A stretch of DNA of 64,000 nt, from NCBI GenBank assembly GCA_044337135.1, contig JBIIOC010000001.1, forward strand, positions 14,416 through 78,415, given 5' to 3'. Below the pieces are notes generated by a model. The model did no database searches. It saw only the letters and a program-made list of their open reading frames with translations, and was not told where the DNA came from. This document shows, in pieces, positions 45,745 through 55,610 of this stretch. Position numbers and translations under genes: made by a program. Within the stretch, counting starts at the first letter, position 1. Every line of letters starts with the position of its first letter. The DNA comes from Phycisphaerales bacterium (GTDB lineage: Bacteria > Planctomycetota > Phycisphaerae > Phycisphaerales > SM1A02).

Positions 45745-46725
45745 TTGGCGGCGATGTCGGGCGTCACCCTTTCAGGCATCCAGGATGCCGCCACGCGACT
45801 TGGCGCAGCGGTTCGCCGGACTCCGCTCGTCGACGGCGGCGAACTCTCCCGCGAAGCCGGTGTGGAGGTCAGGCTGAAGCTCGAGAGCCTTCAGCGGACC
45901 GGAAGCTTCAAGTTCCGAGGCGCCTCGAACGCCGTGGCCCGGCTCTCTCCAGAGGCCGGAGTGCGTGGCGTCGCGACCCACTCCAGCGGCAACCATGCGC
46001 TGGCCCTCGCGGTGGCTGCGCGCGCGCGCGGCATGTCCTGCACCGTCGTGATGCCCCACGATGCGTCGCGGCCCAAGCGCGAGGCCGTGGAACAGGCAGG
46101 TGCGTGCATCGTTTCCTGTGAACCGACCATGGCCGCACGCGAGGCGACGCTGGCCGACGTGGTCGGCCGCACCGGCGCCTTCGTGGTGCCTCCCTTCGAC
46201 CACCCCGACGTGATCGAGGGACAGGGAACGATCGGCCTGGAAATTCTCGATGCCTGGCCCGAGGTTGACGCCGTGATGGCGCCGATCGGTGGCGGCGGAC
46301 TCATCGGTGGCATCGCCGTGGCCGCGAAGGGACGCAAGGCATCCGTGGCGGTGATCGCCGCCGAGCCGCTGGCGGCAGATGACGCCGCGCGCAGCGTGGC
46401 ATCGGGTGTTCGGCAGGGACCGACGAACGGTCCCACGCTCGCCGACGGCCTTCGCGCGGGCATCGGCGCGATCACCTTCCCGCTGGTGCAGCGGCACGTT
46501 GACCGCGTGCTCACCGTCTCCGAGACCGAGATCCGGGACTGGATGCGCTTCGCGTTCGAGCGCCTGAAGCTGGTGATCGAACCGAGCGCGGCCGTGGGTG
46601 TCGCGGCCATCCGATCGCCTGCATTCCGTGATCTCGCCAAGGCTTCCGGCTGGCGCCGCGTGGCACTCGTGATCTGCGGCGGCAACGTCGACCTGGCGCG
46701 ACTGCCCTGGCTTGAACAGGCCTAG
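45745..46725 (+). CDS. PLP-dependent threonine/serine dehydratase family enzyme (fold type II)
   Basis: SLQRTGSFKFRGASNAV (PLP lysine) and SSGNHALALA. Confidence 0.85.
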   Translation: MAAMSGVTLSGIQDAATRLGAAVRRTPLVDGGELSREAGVEVRLKLESLQRTGSFKFRGASNAVARLSPEAGVRGVATHSSGNHALALAVAARARGMSCTVVMPHDASRPKREAVEQAGACIVSCEPTMAAREATLADVVGRTGAFVVPPFDHPDVIEGQGTIGLEILDAWPEVDAVMAPIGGGGLIGGIAVAAKGRKASVAVIAAEPLAADDAARSVASGVRQGPTNGPTLADGLRAGIGAITFPLVQRHVDRVLTVSETEIRDWMRFAFERLKLVIEPSAAVGVAAIRSPAFRDLAKASGWRRVALVICGGNVDLARLPWLEQA

Positions 46726-47855
46726 GGGAGTTCCGACGGCAGCGCGTCGTCGTAGATCGTCATCACCCATGCGAGCATGATCAGGAGGTGGATGATCCCC
46801 TGGATCATGTTCACCCGGCCGCGCATCAGGTTGATCGTGGAGACGAGGAACGTGAGGACGAGCAGCACGATGTAGGGCGTCTCGAGTCCAAGCTCGGGGT
46901 CCTTGCCGGTCAGCGCCCGCACGGCCAGCACCGCCGGCACCGTGAGTCCGATCGTCGCGCCGGCGCTCCCAAGCAGCACGTTGATGCTTCGCTGCATGTC
47001 ACCGCGCGCGCTCGCCTTGAGCGCGGCGAGCCCCTCGGGAAAGAGCACCATCGCGGCCACGGCCACGCCTCCGATCGCGGGCGGCGAACCCGAGGCTCGA
47101 AGCAGCGAGGGAACGCGGCCGGCCATGGCGTCGGCGCAGAGCACCACCACGACGAGCGATCCGAACAGCAGGAGGATCGCCGAGGGAACGTGCACGGGTC
47201 CGGTGTGGTGCGCCGCGGATGCGCTCGGCGATTCCGTGGTCGCGAAGTAGCCGCGATACCTCGAGACCTGCAGCCAGAGGAATCCTCCATACACCACGAT
47301 CGACGTCGCGGCCACGAAGATCTCCATGGGATCGCTCATGTAGCCACCGATCGTGCTGTCGCAGAATCGCGGAAGCACCATGGTCAGCGTTCCGAGCGCG
47401 ATGATCAGGGGCAGGTAGGCCGAGGCGGAGTCGGCGTTGAACCGCCGCTCCCCGGACCTCCATGTGCCGACGAGGATGCAGCCGCCCACGAGCCCGTTCA
47501 GGATCAGCATGATCACCGCGAACATGCTGTCACGGGCCGCCGTGTCGCTGCCCCCGTCGCCGAGCATCATGGCGCACACCGAAGCCACTTCGATCGTGAT
47601 CGCGGCGATCGTGAGCACGATGGTTCCGACCGGTTCGCCGAAGCGCTCCGCCAGCCGATCGGCGTGGGCCATCGCGCGCACCGCACTCGCGACCAGGCAG
47701 GCCACGATCCAGAGGGACCAGATGATCGAGGCCGGCCCCGCGGACGCCGCCGCTGGACCATGTCCAAGAATCGCGGCGCCGCCCGAGAGTGCACCGACAA
47801 GCAGTGGGATCTCGGCCTTCCACGAGGGCTGCTGGAGCGGGTGATTCGAGCTCAC
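46722..47855 (-). CDS. ChaA-like cation (Ca2+)/H+ antiporter
   Basis: About 10 TM segments. The AERFGEPVGTIVLTIAAITIEVASVCAMML and ARDSMFAVIMLILNGLVG regions resemble ChaA. GTG at 47853-47855 overlaps the upstream TGA. Confidence 0.75.
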   Translation of the reverse strand: MSSNHPLQQPSWKAEIPLLVGALSGGAAILGHGPAAASAGPASIIWSLWIVACLVASAVRAMAHADRLAERFGEPVGTIVLTIAAITIEVASVCAMMLGDGGSDTAARDSMFAVIMLILNGLVGGCILVGTWRSGERRFNADSASAYLPLIIALGTLTMVLPRFCDSTIGGYMSDPMEIFVAATSIVVYGGFLWLQVSRYRGYFATTESPSASAAHHTGPVHVPSAILLLFGSLVVVVLCADAMAGRVPSLLRASGSPPAIGGVAVAAMVLFPEGLAALKASARGDMQRSINVLLGSAGATIGLTVPAVLAVRALTGKDPELGLETPYIVLLVLTFLVSTINLMRGRVNMIQGIIHLLIMLAWVMTIYDDALPSELP

Positions 47856-50542
47856 TTCGGTACGGTATCGGAAGGCGCAAGCATGCGCGCCTCGATGCGC
47901 CGCGCACGCTCCGCGTGGACGGGGCGGTCGGGTTCCAGCCGTTCCAGCGCGCGCACGTGCCGAAGCGCCTCGTCCAGACGACCCGCCTCGATCGCGATGG
48001 CGGCCGCCAGCTCGCGCGTGGAGGGGTCATACCCGTCGATCCGAGAAGCCTTGGTGGCGGCCTGCATCGCGGATGCCGCGTCTCCCTGCTGCCTTTGCAG
48101 GCGCGCGATCTCGAGCGCATACGCCGGATCGCGCTCCTCCAGCAGATCGAGTCTGCGAAGGCTCGCAAGCGCATCCCTGGCGGCGCCTCGATCTCGCTGG
48201 GCCCGGACCAACAGCCGATCCGGCATCGGATCCACGGGTCGAGCGTCGGCGTAGGCGCGCAGGAGCGCACGGGACGTCTCGTTCAGTTCGGGCTGGTCCT
48301 CGAGCCGTCGGCGGATCTTCAGCTCGAGAAGGTCCGGATGGTCCGGATGCTCCGAGAGCCATCGGTCAAGCATCTCGTCGGTGATGTCGAAGCGTGGCAA
48401 CCGGAGCTCCGGCCATTCGCGCGTGCCGGAGGCGCGCGGCCTGAAGGGCTGCATCACCCGATCCGCGAACATGCGCGCCGCGTCTCGCAGCCATGCCGCA
48501 CGCGCATTCCGAACCTGCTCGTCGTGGACAGGGTCCGAGGCGCGCTCGATCTCGACCAGATCGGTCATGGTCGGCTCCGGCGACAGGCCCCACGCACGCA
48601 CCTGCTCCTTGGCCCACACCTTGAAACGGTCGAAGAACGCCTCGGCGCCGATGCCGATCGTCGCCTTCAACGCGGGGTCCTCGTCCTCACCCAGGCGGTA
48701 CCGCTCGAGAAGGCGCGGCACGACGTCATTGCCCCATGTCTCCTCGAGGAACTCGACCATCCACCGACCTTGCGCGTAGGCGAGCGGCCGGTCCCTCGGG
48801 CTCTCCGGACGGACGAATGCCCACTTGATCCGGTCCAGCGCGAACAGCTTGCCGCTCCGCAGGGCCTGCGCCAGCTGCATGCAGGTGTCGTAGGTGCGCG
48901 GCTTCGTCTCCACGCTCACCGCAAGCGCTTCGGTGAGCCAGTGCGGAATGCGGTTCTCCGTCTGGCTCAGCGTGACGGTGTGCGCGTATTCGTGGCGAAG
49001 GACCTCGAGCCAGTCGAAGGTGCCGAGATGCTTGCGCGGATTCCCGCGACGCGGAACCTCCATCGCGATGACCGGACCCGTGGAGGCGGCCATGGTGTGG
49101 ATGCCCGGCATGCCCGTGATCCGGACCGCGAAGAATTCGTGGTCCGGCAGCAGTTCGATCGTCGTCTTCTCGGAAGGCTCGTGCCCGAACCGCGCGCACA
49201 CCTCGGCATGCATGCGCTCGAGCGCCTCGGGCATGCCCTCGGCGACCACCTCGTCGATGCCGGGCTTCACGCGGATGCGGAAGTGCGGCGAATCGATCAC
49301 GCGGTAGCCCGCCATCTCGTCGAGCAGCCAGCGGCCGAACGCGCTGCGCTTGTCGAACGGATCCAGGTCCGCGGCCTCGGCGAGCGCCTTGCGTGCGTCG
49401 GCCTCGCGGCCGGTCTGCAGCAGGAGCTGGCCCAGTTCGCCGCGCGGCTCGCTCCAGGCGGGCCGACGCTCGATCGCGGTGCGCAGCATCCGCTCGGCCC
49501 ATGCGTACTGCCGATGCAGCGCGAGCAGGCGGCCGACGGTCGCCGCACCGATGGCCTGGCCCGGGAAGCGGCGGTCCATCTCCGCCAGCCGCGACGCCAC
49601 CGCCTCGCGATCCCAGCGTCTGGCGGCGACCGCCGCGTTCAGGGCGAGCGCCTCGGGCATGTCGGGCTCGCGTTCCAGCAGTTCGTCCAACGTGGACTGT
49701 GCCCGCTCCGAATCCTCCAGCAGCAGGAACCGCTCCGCCGCGAGCAGGTCGCCAGCCGCGCTGTCGGGAGCCAGCCGATACAGCGCCTCCACCGCACGCG
49801 CCGCGGAGTCGAAATCGAATCCCTCAAGCGCGGCACGGCCGAGCGCAAACCACGCGTCGGCCTGTCGCGGATGAAGGGCGAGCGCCTGCTGGAGCGCCGG
49901 CACCCCCTCCTCGCGATTGTGGCGCGCCATCAGCAAGCGTCCCTCGAGCAGCGGCACGCGAGGATCGAGCCGGTCATGCTCACGCGCCCGACCGAGCCAG
50001 TCGAGCGCGAGCTTCCATCGATCGGCTGGGACGGGCTCCAGCGATCCGCGACGCTGGATGGCCTGCGCGCCGAGCAGCCACGCCTCGGGATCCATCGTGG
50101 CTTCCTTCGCCGCGCGCTCCAGCGGCGCGACCTGCTCGACCGCCTCCTTCACGCGACCGAGCAGCGCGAGCGCGTCCGCGCGCACCAGCGCGCAGGCGGG
50201 CTCCTCGCAGCCTGCCAGGAGTGACAGCGCCTCGTCTGCGCGACCGCGCCGCACGAGCGCTTCCGCTCGAAGCGCGACGGGCACCGAGAGATCGTCGAGT
50301 GCAGGATCCCGCAGCGCGCCCAGGTCGAGTGCCGCACGCGCGCGCTGCGCCGGCGTGACCAGGTCGTCGGCAAGCCAGCGACCGTGGCGGATTCGCATGG
50401 CCTGTCGCGCCTCGGGGGACCGAGCCGCGGACTCGAGCGCGGAGTCCAGTGACGCCGGCCCCGTGACCCGATCGGGGACGTACTGCGCCCATGCGGTGGC
50501 CGCCGTCATCACGGCCGCGACCACCCAGACGCACGGTCTCAC
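47852..50542 (-). CDS. Secreted TPR-repeat protein with an embedded HExxH (gluzincin/MA-type) metallopeptidase-like domain
   Basis: LRHEYAHTVTL...HWLTEALA in the middle with TPR-like repeats on both sides. GTG at 50540-50542 overlaps the upstream TGA. Signal VRPCVWVVAAVMTAATAWA. Confidence 0.75.
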   Translation of the reverse strand: MRPCVWVVAAVMTAATAWAQYVPDRVTGPASLDSALESAARSPEARQAMRIRHGRWLADDLVTPAQRARAALDLGALRDPALDDLSVPVALRAEALVRRGRADEALSLLAGCEEPACALVRADALALLGRVKEAVEQVAPLERAAKEATMDPEAWLLGAQAIQRRGSLEPVPADRWKLALDWLGRAREHDRLDPRVPLLEGRLLMARHNREEGVPALQQALALHPRQADAWFALGRAALEGFDFDSAARAVEALYRLAPDSAAGDLLAAERFLLLEDSERAQSTLDELLEREPDMPEALALNAAVAARRWDREAVASRLAEMDRRFPGQAIGAATVGRLLALHRQYAWAERMLRTAIERRPAWSEPRGELGQLLLQTGREADARKALAEAADLDPFDKRSAFGRWLLDEMAGYRVIDSPHFRIRVKPGIDEVVAEGMPEALERMHAEVCARFGHEPSEKTTIELLPDHEFFAVRITGMPGIHTMAASTGPVIAMEVPRRGNPRKHLGTFDWLEVLRHEYAHTVTLSQTENRIPHWLTEALAVSVETKPRTYDTCMQLAQALRSGKLFALDRIKWAFVRPESPRDRPLAYAQGRWMVEFLEETWGNDVVPRLLERYRLGEDEDPALKATIGIGAEAFFDRFKVWAKEQVRAWGLSPEPTMTDLVEIERASDPVHDEQVRNARAAWLRDAARMFADRVMQPFRPRASGTREWPELRLPRFDITDEMLDRWLSEHPDHPDLLELKIRRRLEDQPELNETSRALLRAYADARPVDPMPDRLLVRAQRDRGAARDALASLRRLDLLEERDPAYALEIARLQRQQGDAASAMQAATKASRIDGYDPSTRELAAAIAIEAGRLDEALRHVRALERLEPDRPVHAERARRIEARMLAPSDTVPK

Positions 50543-51360
50543 GGCTGTGCCTTCCGCCAAGGACGGCGATCCTGCTGCCAACCCTCGGGAACGGCGCGAT
50601 CGAGCATGGCGCTCGATGCCGCGTCGAGCCCTCCGTTGCGAACGACCTGCCGCAGGAGGACGGTCTTGGTGTCGCCGCCCTTCAGTCGCGCCACCACGCC
50701 GACGGGCACGAATGTCCGCGTGTCGTACCACACGCGCACTTCCTCGAAGTCCTCGTCCACGCCGCTGCCTTTCCTCGGCACCAGCACGATCCCCTGCACG
50801 CCGGAGAGATTCTTCAGGAGTGGCGCCTCAGGCGGCGGTGCAAGCATGACCGTGAACCTTCGGCGCACCTCGTCGGCGCGCTGGCCGACGGGAAGCGGCA
50901 GCGGGCCCTCGCCAAGCTTCAGGGGATCCAGCTGGCTGCTTTCGGGAGCAAGCTGCCGCGCGATGCACTGCTTGCGGGCATCATCGAACTCGACCAGCCA
51001 GCCGTCACCGAACGCGAAGCGCTGCACCTGCGGCGAGGCATGTCCCGCTGGATCGATGAAGCGGTCGAACGTGATGCCGAAGCGGCGCGCGCCATTCGGC
51101 GACTGCGCCAGCACGAGCCGGCCCGTGCGTCGCTCGCGATCCTCCGTGACGGCATCGAGACGGTCGTAGATCACCTCGGCGCGCACGTCGCGCAGGTCGT
51201 CCGTCGAACGCTCGAGCGCGTCAAGCAGCGCGTCGGCGGACGCGAATGGCGCCGCACCGTCGCTCGATGCGGCGAGCGGCGCTGATGGAGCGGCTGGCTG
51301 CTGCGCGACGGCGCATCCTGCAAGCATGCACGCAAGGGCGAGAACCGGCGCGCGGCTCAT
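50539..51360 (-). CDS. Hypothetical lipoprotein (LolA-like fold suspected)
   Basis: Lipobox ACMLAGC. The ATG overlaps the ribB-type TGA (ATGA at 51357-51360). Confidence 0.65.
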   Translation of the reverse strand: MSRAPVLALACMLAGCAVAQQPAAPSAPLAASSDGAAPFASADALLDALERSTDDLRDVRAEVIYDRLDAVTEDRERRTGRLVLAQSPNGARRFGITFDRFIDPAGHASPQVQRFAFGDGWLVEFDDARKQCIARQLAPESSQLDPLKLGEGPLPLPVGQRADEVRRRFTVMLAPPPEAPLLKNLSGVQGIVLVPRKGSGVDEDFEEVRVWYDTRTFVPVGVVARLKGGDTKTVLLRQVVRNGGLDAASSAMLDRAVPEGWQQDRRPWRKAQP

Positions 51361-52556
51361 CGCAGCGGAACCTGCTCGACGATCTCGAGCCCGAATCCAT
51401 GCAGGCCCGGCATCGCGGTCTTGGGATGGTTCGTGAGCAGCCGCAGACGGGTGAGGCCAAGGTCGTGAAGGATCTGGCCACCGACGCCGAACTCGCGCAT
51501 GTCCATCGGATGCGCCTTCGCGCCGATGCCGTCGGGCCGGGTGAGGTCGGGCGCGTTCACGTCCTCTCCCGCCGGGCGCTGGATGCGCTGCAACCTGCCC
51601 GGAAGATCGAAGCCGCTGCCCTCGCTGCGCAGGTAGACCAGCGCTCCACGACCCTCTCGAGCGATGGCCTGCAAGGCCGCGCGGACGTCCTGCTGCCCAT
51701 GCGTGTCCCCGCGCGACATCCCGAAGACGTCACTGAAGATGTCGCGTCGATGCATGCGGACCAGCGTGGGCCGGGGCTCGGCGCGCACCGCGCCCGAGGC
51801 GTCAAGCCGACCGACGTCGCCCATCGTGAGCGCCAGGTGCGGCAGCGCGTCGACCGCCGTGCGCCATGCGAACAGGCGGAACTCGCCCTCGGGCGTGCGG
51901 ATCACCTCGCCATCCCGCGGCTCGAGCCGCTGCACCATGCCCTCGCCGCGCAGGCGCCACTCGATCACCTGCTCCACGCTGCACATGCGCAGGCCGTGCT
52001 CGCGGCACATCGTCTCCAGGTCGGGCATGCGCGCCATCTCGCCGTCGGGCTTCACGATCTCGATGATCGCCGCGGCCGGACGCAGCCCCGCCAGGCGGCA
52101 GAGATCCACGCTTCCCTCGGTCTGGCCAGTTCGCACCAGCACGCCGCCGTCGCGCGCGCGAAGCGGGTTCACGTGGCCGGGGCGCGTGAAGTCGCCGGAT
52201 GTCGCCTTCGCCTCGGCGAGCAGCCGGATGGTGGTCGAGCGGTCCTTGGCGCTCACGCCGGTGCCCACGCCGAAACGCGGATGCGCCTCGACGCTCACCG
52301 TGAAGGCGGTGCCGCGCAGGCTGGTGTTGCGGGCCACGGCAGGCTCCAGCGCGAGCCGGTCGCAGGTCTCGCCATCGAGCGCCACGCACAGGTAGCCGCC
52401 GCCCACGCGCGTGAGGAAGTTCACCATCTCGGGGGTGACGAATTCGGCTGCGACCACGAAGTCGCCCTCGTTCTCGCGCTGCTCGTCGTCGACCAGCACG
52501 ATCGCCTTGCCGGCTCGGAGGTCGTCGAGGATCTCGGAAATGGGCGCAAGCGGCAT
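51357..52556 (-). CDS. ribB: 3,4-dihydroxy-2-butanone-4-phosphate synthase fused to a degenerate GTP cyclohydrolase II domain (RibBX-type)
   Basis: The RibB part is intact (VLVDDEQRENEGDFV, GGGYLCVAL). The C-terminal GCHII homologue has VRMHRRDIFSDVFGMSRGDTHG where RibA has VRVHSECLTGD...RCDCG. Start at the internal ATG 52556. Confidence 0.88.
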   Translation of the reverse strand: MPLAPISEILDDLRAGKAIVLVDDEQRENEGDFVVAAEFVTPEMVNFLTRVGGGYLCVALDGETCDRLALEPAVARNTSLRGTAFTVSVEAHPRFGVGTGVSAKDRSTTIRLLAEAKATSGDFTRPGHVNPLRARDGGVLVRTGQTEGSVDLCRLAGLRPAAAIIEIVKPDGEMARMPDLETMCREHGLRMCSVEQVIEWRLRGEGMVQRLEPRDGEVIRTPEGEFRLFAWRTAVDALPHLALTMGDVGRLDASGAVRAEPRPTLVRMHRRDIFSDVFGMSRGDTHGQQDVRAALQAIAREGRGALVYLRSEGSGFDLPGRLQRIQRPAGEDVNAPDLTRPDGIGAKAHPMDMREFGVGGQILHDLGLTRLRLLTNHPKTAMPGLHGFGLEIVEQVPLR

Positions 52557-52601
52557 CGCGCAAGTGTAGATGCCGCCCCACCGCGATACCCTGCCCGCCC
52601 G

Positions 52602-53756
52602 ATGACCCTGCAACCCCACGAACGGACGCTCGCCCTCACCGTCACCGGCATTCCGACGGCCGCCGGGCTCGAGCAGCGCGTGATCGCCTTCATCGAGGGA
52701 TGGTGCTTCGTGCGCTCCGCACGGGTGCAGCTGCGCCGCGACGACGGCGGCAACCTGCTCATCACCCGGAAGGACGCGCCCAAGGGGGCAAGCCCCCTGC
52801 TCGTGACAGCGCACCTCGACCACCCCGCCTTCGTGGTGCGCCGGACCGTCGACGCCCGCACGCTCGAGCTCGAGTTCCGTGGCGGCGTGCATGACCCGTA
52901 TTTCGTCGGCGCGAAGGTGTCGATCATCGACGCGGGCGATCGCGAGCACGTCGCGCGCATCACGTCGCTCGACACGAAGGCCAGGCCGTACAAGCGCGTC
53001 ACGGCGCGGCTGGCGAAGACCGCGCCCTCGATCGCGGCGGGCGACATCGCGCGCTGGCACCTGCCGAAGCCGCGCGTCACGAAGGGCCTGCTTCACACCC
53101 ATGCCTGCGACGACCTGGCCGCCGTCGCCGCGGCGCTCGCCGCCTTCGACCGCCTGCTCGCCAACCGCAAGGCCGCGCATGTCGGACTGCTCTTCACCCG
53201 CGCCGAGGAGGTCGGCTTCGTCGGCGCGATCCACGCCGCGCGCAACGGCTTCGTGCCGCGCAACGCCCGCCTGATCTGCCTCGAGAACTCCCGAAGCTTC
53301 CCGCACGACAGCCCGATCGGCGCCGGCGCGATCCTGCGCGTGGGCGACCGCCTCAGCGTGTTCAGCCCGGCGCTCACGAACGCGCTCGGCGACCTCTACA
53401 TGAAGGCGCGCGCGAAGAACCCGACCTTCCGGTTCCAGCGAAAGCTCATGCCGGGCGGCGCATGCGAGGCCACCGCCTTCGCCACCCACGGCTTCGAGAG
53501 CACCTGCCTCTGCCTGCCGCTGGGCAACTACCACAACATGGTGGACATCGACGGCGTGGTGGCGGCAAAGCGGAAGGCGCGCGTCGGCAGCGAGTTCGTG
53601 TCGATGGCCGACTTCGAGTCGCTCGTGCGCATGATCGAGATCGCGGCGACCGGCCTTGGCGAACACGATGGCTGGCGCGAAGGATCGATGCGGCTCATGA
53701 ACATGCTGCACCGCAAGGGTCACGTGCTGCTCAAGCCGCGCCGCGGCCACCGCTAG
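52602..53756 (+). CDS. M42/M28-like metallo-aminopeptidase family protein
   Basis: LVTAHLDHPAF, HACDDLAAV, FTRAEEVGFVGA and GGACEATAF motifs. Start at the internal ATG 52602. Confidence 0.7.
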   Translation: MTLQPHERTLALTVTGIPTAAGLEQRVIAFIEGWCFVRSARVQLRRDDGGNLLITRKDAPKGASPLLVTAHLDHPAFVVRRTVDARTLELEFRGGVHDPYFVGAKVSIIDAGDREHVARITSLDTKARPYKRVTARLAKTAPSIAAGDIARWHLPKPRVTKGLLHTHACDDLAAVAAALAAFDRLLANRKAAHVGLLFTRAEEVGFVGAIHAARNGFVPRNARLICLENSRSFPHDSPIGAGAILRVGDRLSVFSPALTNALGDLYMKARAKNPTFRFQRKLMPGGACEATAFATHGFESTCLCLPLGNYHNMVDIDGVVAAKRKARVGSEFVSMADFESLVRMIEIAATGLGEHDGWREGSMRLMNMLHRKGHVLLKPRRGHR

Positions 53757-53765
53757 ACTCGCCCC

Positions 53766-55607
53766 ATGGCCAACTGCGACCCCGTTGCCCTGCTGGAACA
53801 GGCATTTCGCGCAGGCATCGCCGCGGCGACCGGCACCGACGCGTCGACGATCGACCCGCAGGTGAAGGCGAGCGCCGATGCGAAGCATGGCGACTTCCAG
53901 TGCAACGCGGCGCTTGCCCTCGCGAAGGCGGCCAAGGCTAACCCGCGCGAACTGGCGCAGCGCATCCTGGCGGCCACGCCGCTCGGCGCGCTCGCCGAGC
54001 GCACCGAGATCGCCGGCCCCGGCTTCATCAACGTGTGGCTCTCGCAGAAGGCACTCGGCGACCTGCTCGCTGGCATGGACGCGCCGGCGCTCGGCATCGA
54101 GCCGGCCCCGCTCGCCCACGCCGTGGTGATCGATCTCTGCGGCGTGAACGTGGCGAAGCAGATGCATGTGGGCCACCTGCGCGCCACGATCATCGGCGAC
54201 GTGATGGCGCGGCTGCACGAGCGTCTCGGTCGCAAGGTGTGGCGAGAGAACCATCTTGGCGACTGGGGCCTTCCCATCGCCATGACGCTGGCGAGCCTGC
54301 GTCGCCAGAAGCGTGACTTCGCGCGCCTGACGCTCGAGGACCTGAACACCGCCTACCGCGCGGCGCAGGCGGAAGCGAAGAGCGACGAGGCCGGACAGGC
54401 CGCCGCCATCGCCACCGGAGCGGGCCCGCACCGTCTGGCGGAGTTCGACGCGCTGAATGCCCCTGCCCTGGCCGCGGAGCGCGACGCGAAGGCCACGCTG
54501 CTGAAGCTGCAGTCCGGCGACCCGGCCACCGTGGCCGACTGGCAGCGCCTGATCGACGTCACCATGGCCGAGGTGTTCGCCACCGCCCGCGTGCTGGGCG
54601 TGAAGCTTGGCCCCGAGCACTCGCGAGGCGAGAGCTTCTACCGCGACCGCCTTGGGCCCGTCGTGGAAGCCTTCATCTCGAAGGGGCTCGCGCGCGAGGA
54701 CCAGGGCGCGATCGTGGTGCACTACGCCGATCGCGAGCGGCCCATGCTGATCCGAAAGGCCGATAGCGGATTCCTCTACGCGACGACCGACCTGGCGGCC
54801 GTCCGCTTCCGCGTTCAGGAACTCGACGGTGGCCGCGTGATCTACGTGGTCGACGCCCGCCAGCGCGATCACTTCAAGGATGTCTTCGACGCGATCCGCC
54901 TGATCGGGTGGGATGTGCTGCCCGACGGGACGAGGGCCGAACTGTCGCACATGCAGTTCGGCACCGTGCTCGGCAAGGACAAGCGACCCCTCAAGACACG
55001 CAGCGGCGAGAACTTCACGCTGAAGGCGCTGCTCGACGAGGCGATCGAGCGTGGCGTGCAGCAGGTTTTCCGTCGCGCCGCGGAGGCCGACGCGCCCACC
55101 CACGGCCTGCCCGAGGCGGAACTGCGCGCGATCGGCGCCGCGGTGGGCATCGGTGCCGTGAAGTACGCCGATCTTTCCGGCGATCCGGTGAAGGACTACG
55201 TGTTCGACCTCGATCGCATGATCGCGTTCGAGGGCGACACCGGACCCTACATCCAGTACGCGCATGCTCGCATCGCGAGCCTGATCGCTCGATCGGGCGA
55301 CGCCGCCGCCGCGATCGCCGCCGCCACCTTTGCTCCCGCGGAACCGGCCGAGCGCCACCTCGCGCTCTGCCTGCTGCGGTTCCCGGGCGTGGTGCTGTCC
55401 GCGGCGGAGCACCAGGCCCCGCAGCGTCTCTGCGCCGCCCTGCACGAGCTCGCCAACGCCTACGCGGGCTTCTACCAGGCCTGTCCGGTGCTCAAGGCTC
55501 CCGATGCAGCCACGCGGCTTTCACGTCTTCGACTTTCGGCGCTGACGCAGCGCGTGCTTGCCGGCGGCCTCGACCTGCTCGGCATCGCGGCTCCCGAGCG
55601 GATGTGA
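53766..55607 (+). CDS. argS: Arginine--tRNA ligase
   Basis: N-terminal Arg-tRNA-synthetase domain, a HIGH-type MHVGHLRATIIGD and the typical C-terminal anticodon-binding domain ending ...APERM. Confidence 0.93.
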   Translation: MANCDPVALLEQAFRAGIAAATGTDASTIDPQVKASADAKHGDFQCNAALALAKAAKANPRELAQRILAATPLGALAERTEIAGPGFINVWLSQKALGDLLAGMDAPALGIEPAPLAHAVVIDLCGVNVAKQMHVGHLRATIIGDVMARLHERLGRKVWRENHLGDWGLPIAMTLASLRRQKRDFARLTLEDLNTAYRAAQAEAKSDEAGQAAAIATGAGPHRLAEFDALNAPALAAERDAKATLLKLQSGDPATVADWQRLIDVTMAEVFATARVLGVKLGPEHSRGESFYRDRLGPVVEAFISKGLAREDQGAIVVHYADRERPMLIRKADSGFLYATTDLAAVRFRVQELDGGRVIYVVDARQRDHFKDVFDAIRLIGWDVLPDGTRAELSHMQFGTVLGKDKRPLKTRSGENFTLKALLDEAIERGVQQVFRRAAEADAPTHGLPEAELRAIGAAVGIGAVKYADLSGDPVKDYVFDLDRMIAFEGDTGPYIQYAHARIASLIARSGDAAAAIAAATFAPAEPAERHLALCLLRFPGVVLSAAEHQAPQRLCAALHELANAYAGFYQACPVLKAPDAATRLSRLRLSALTQRVLAGGLDLLGIAAPERM

Positions 55608-55610
55608 TCG

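Noticed and set aside
52557-55445. Upstream 960-codon extension of the 1362-aa minus-strand ORF that ends as the ribB-type gene
   Set aside because: The extension is antisense to well-supported M42-like and argS genes and has Arg/Gly/Ala/His-rich composition. RibB homology begins exactly at the internal ATG 52556.
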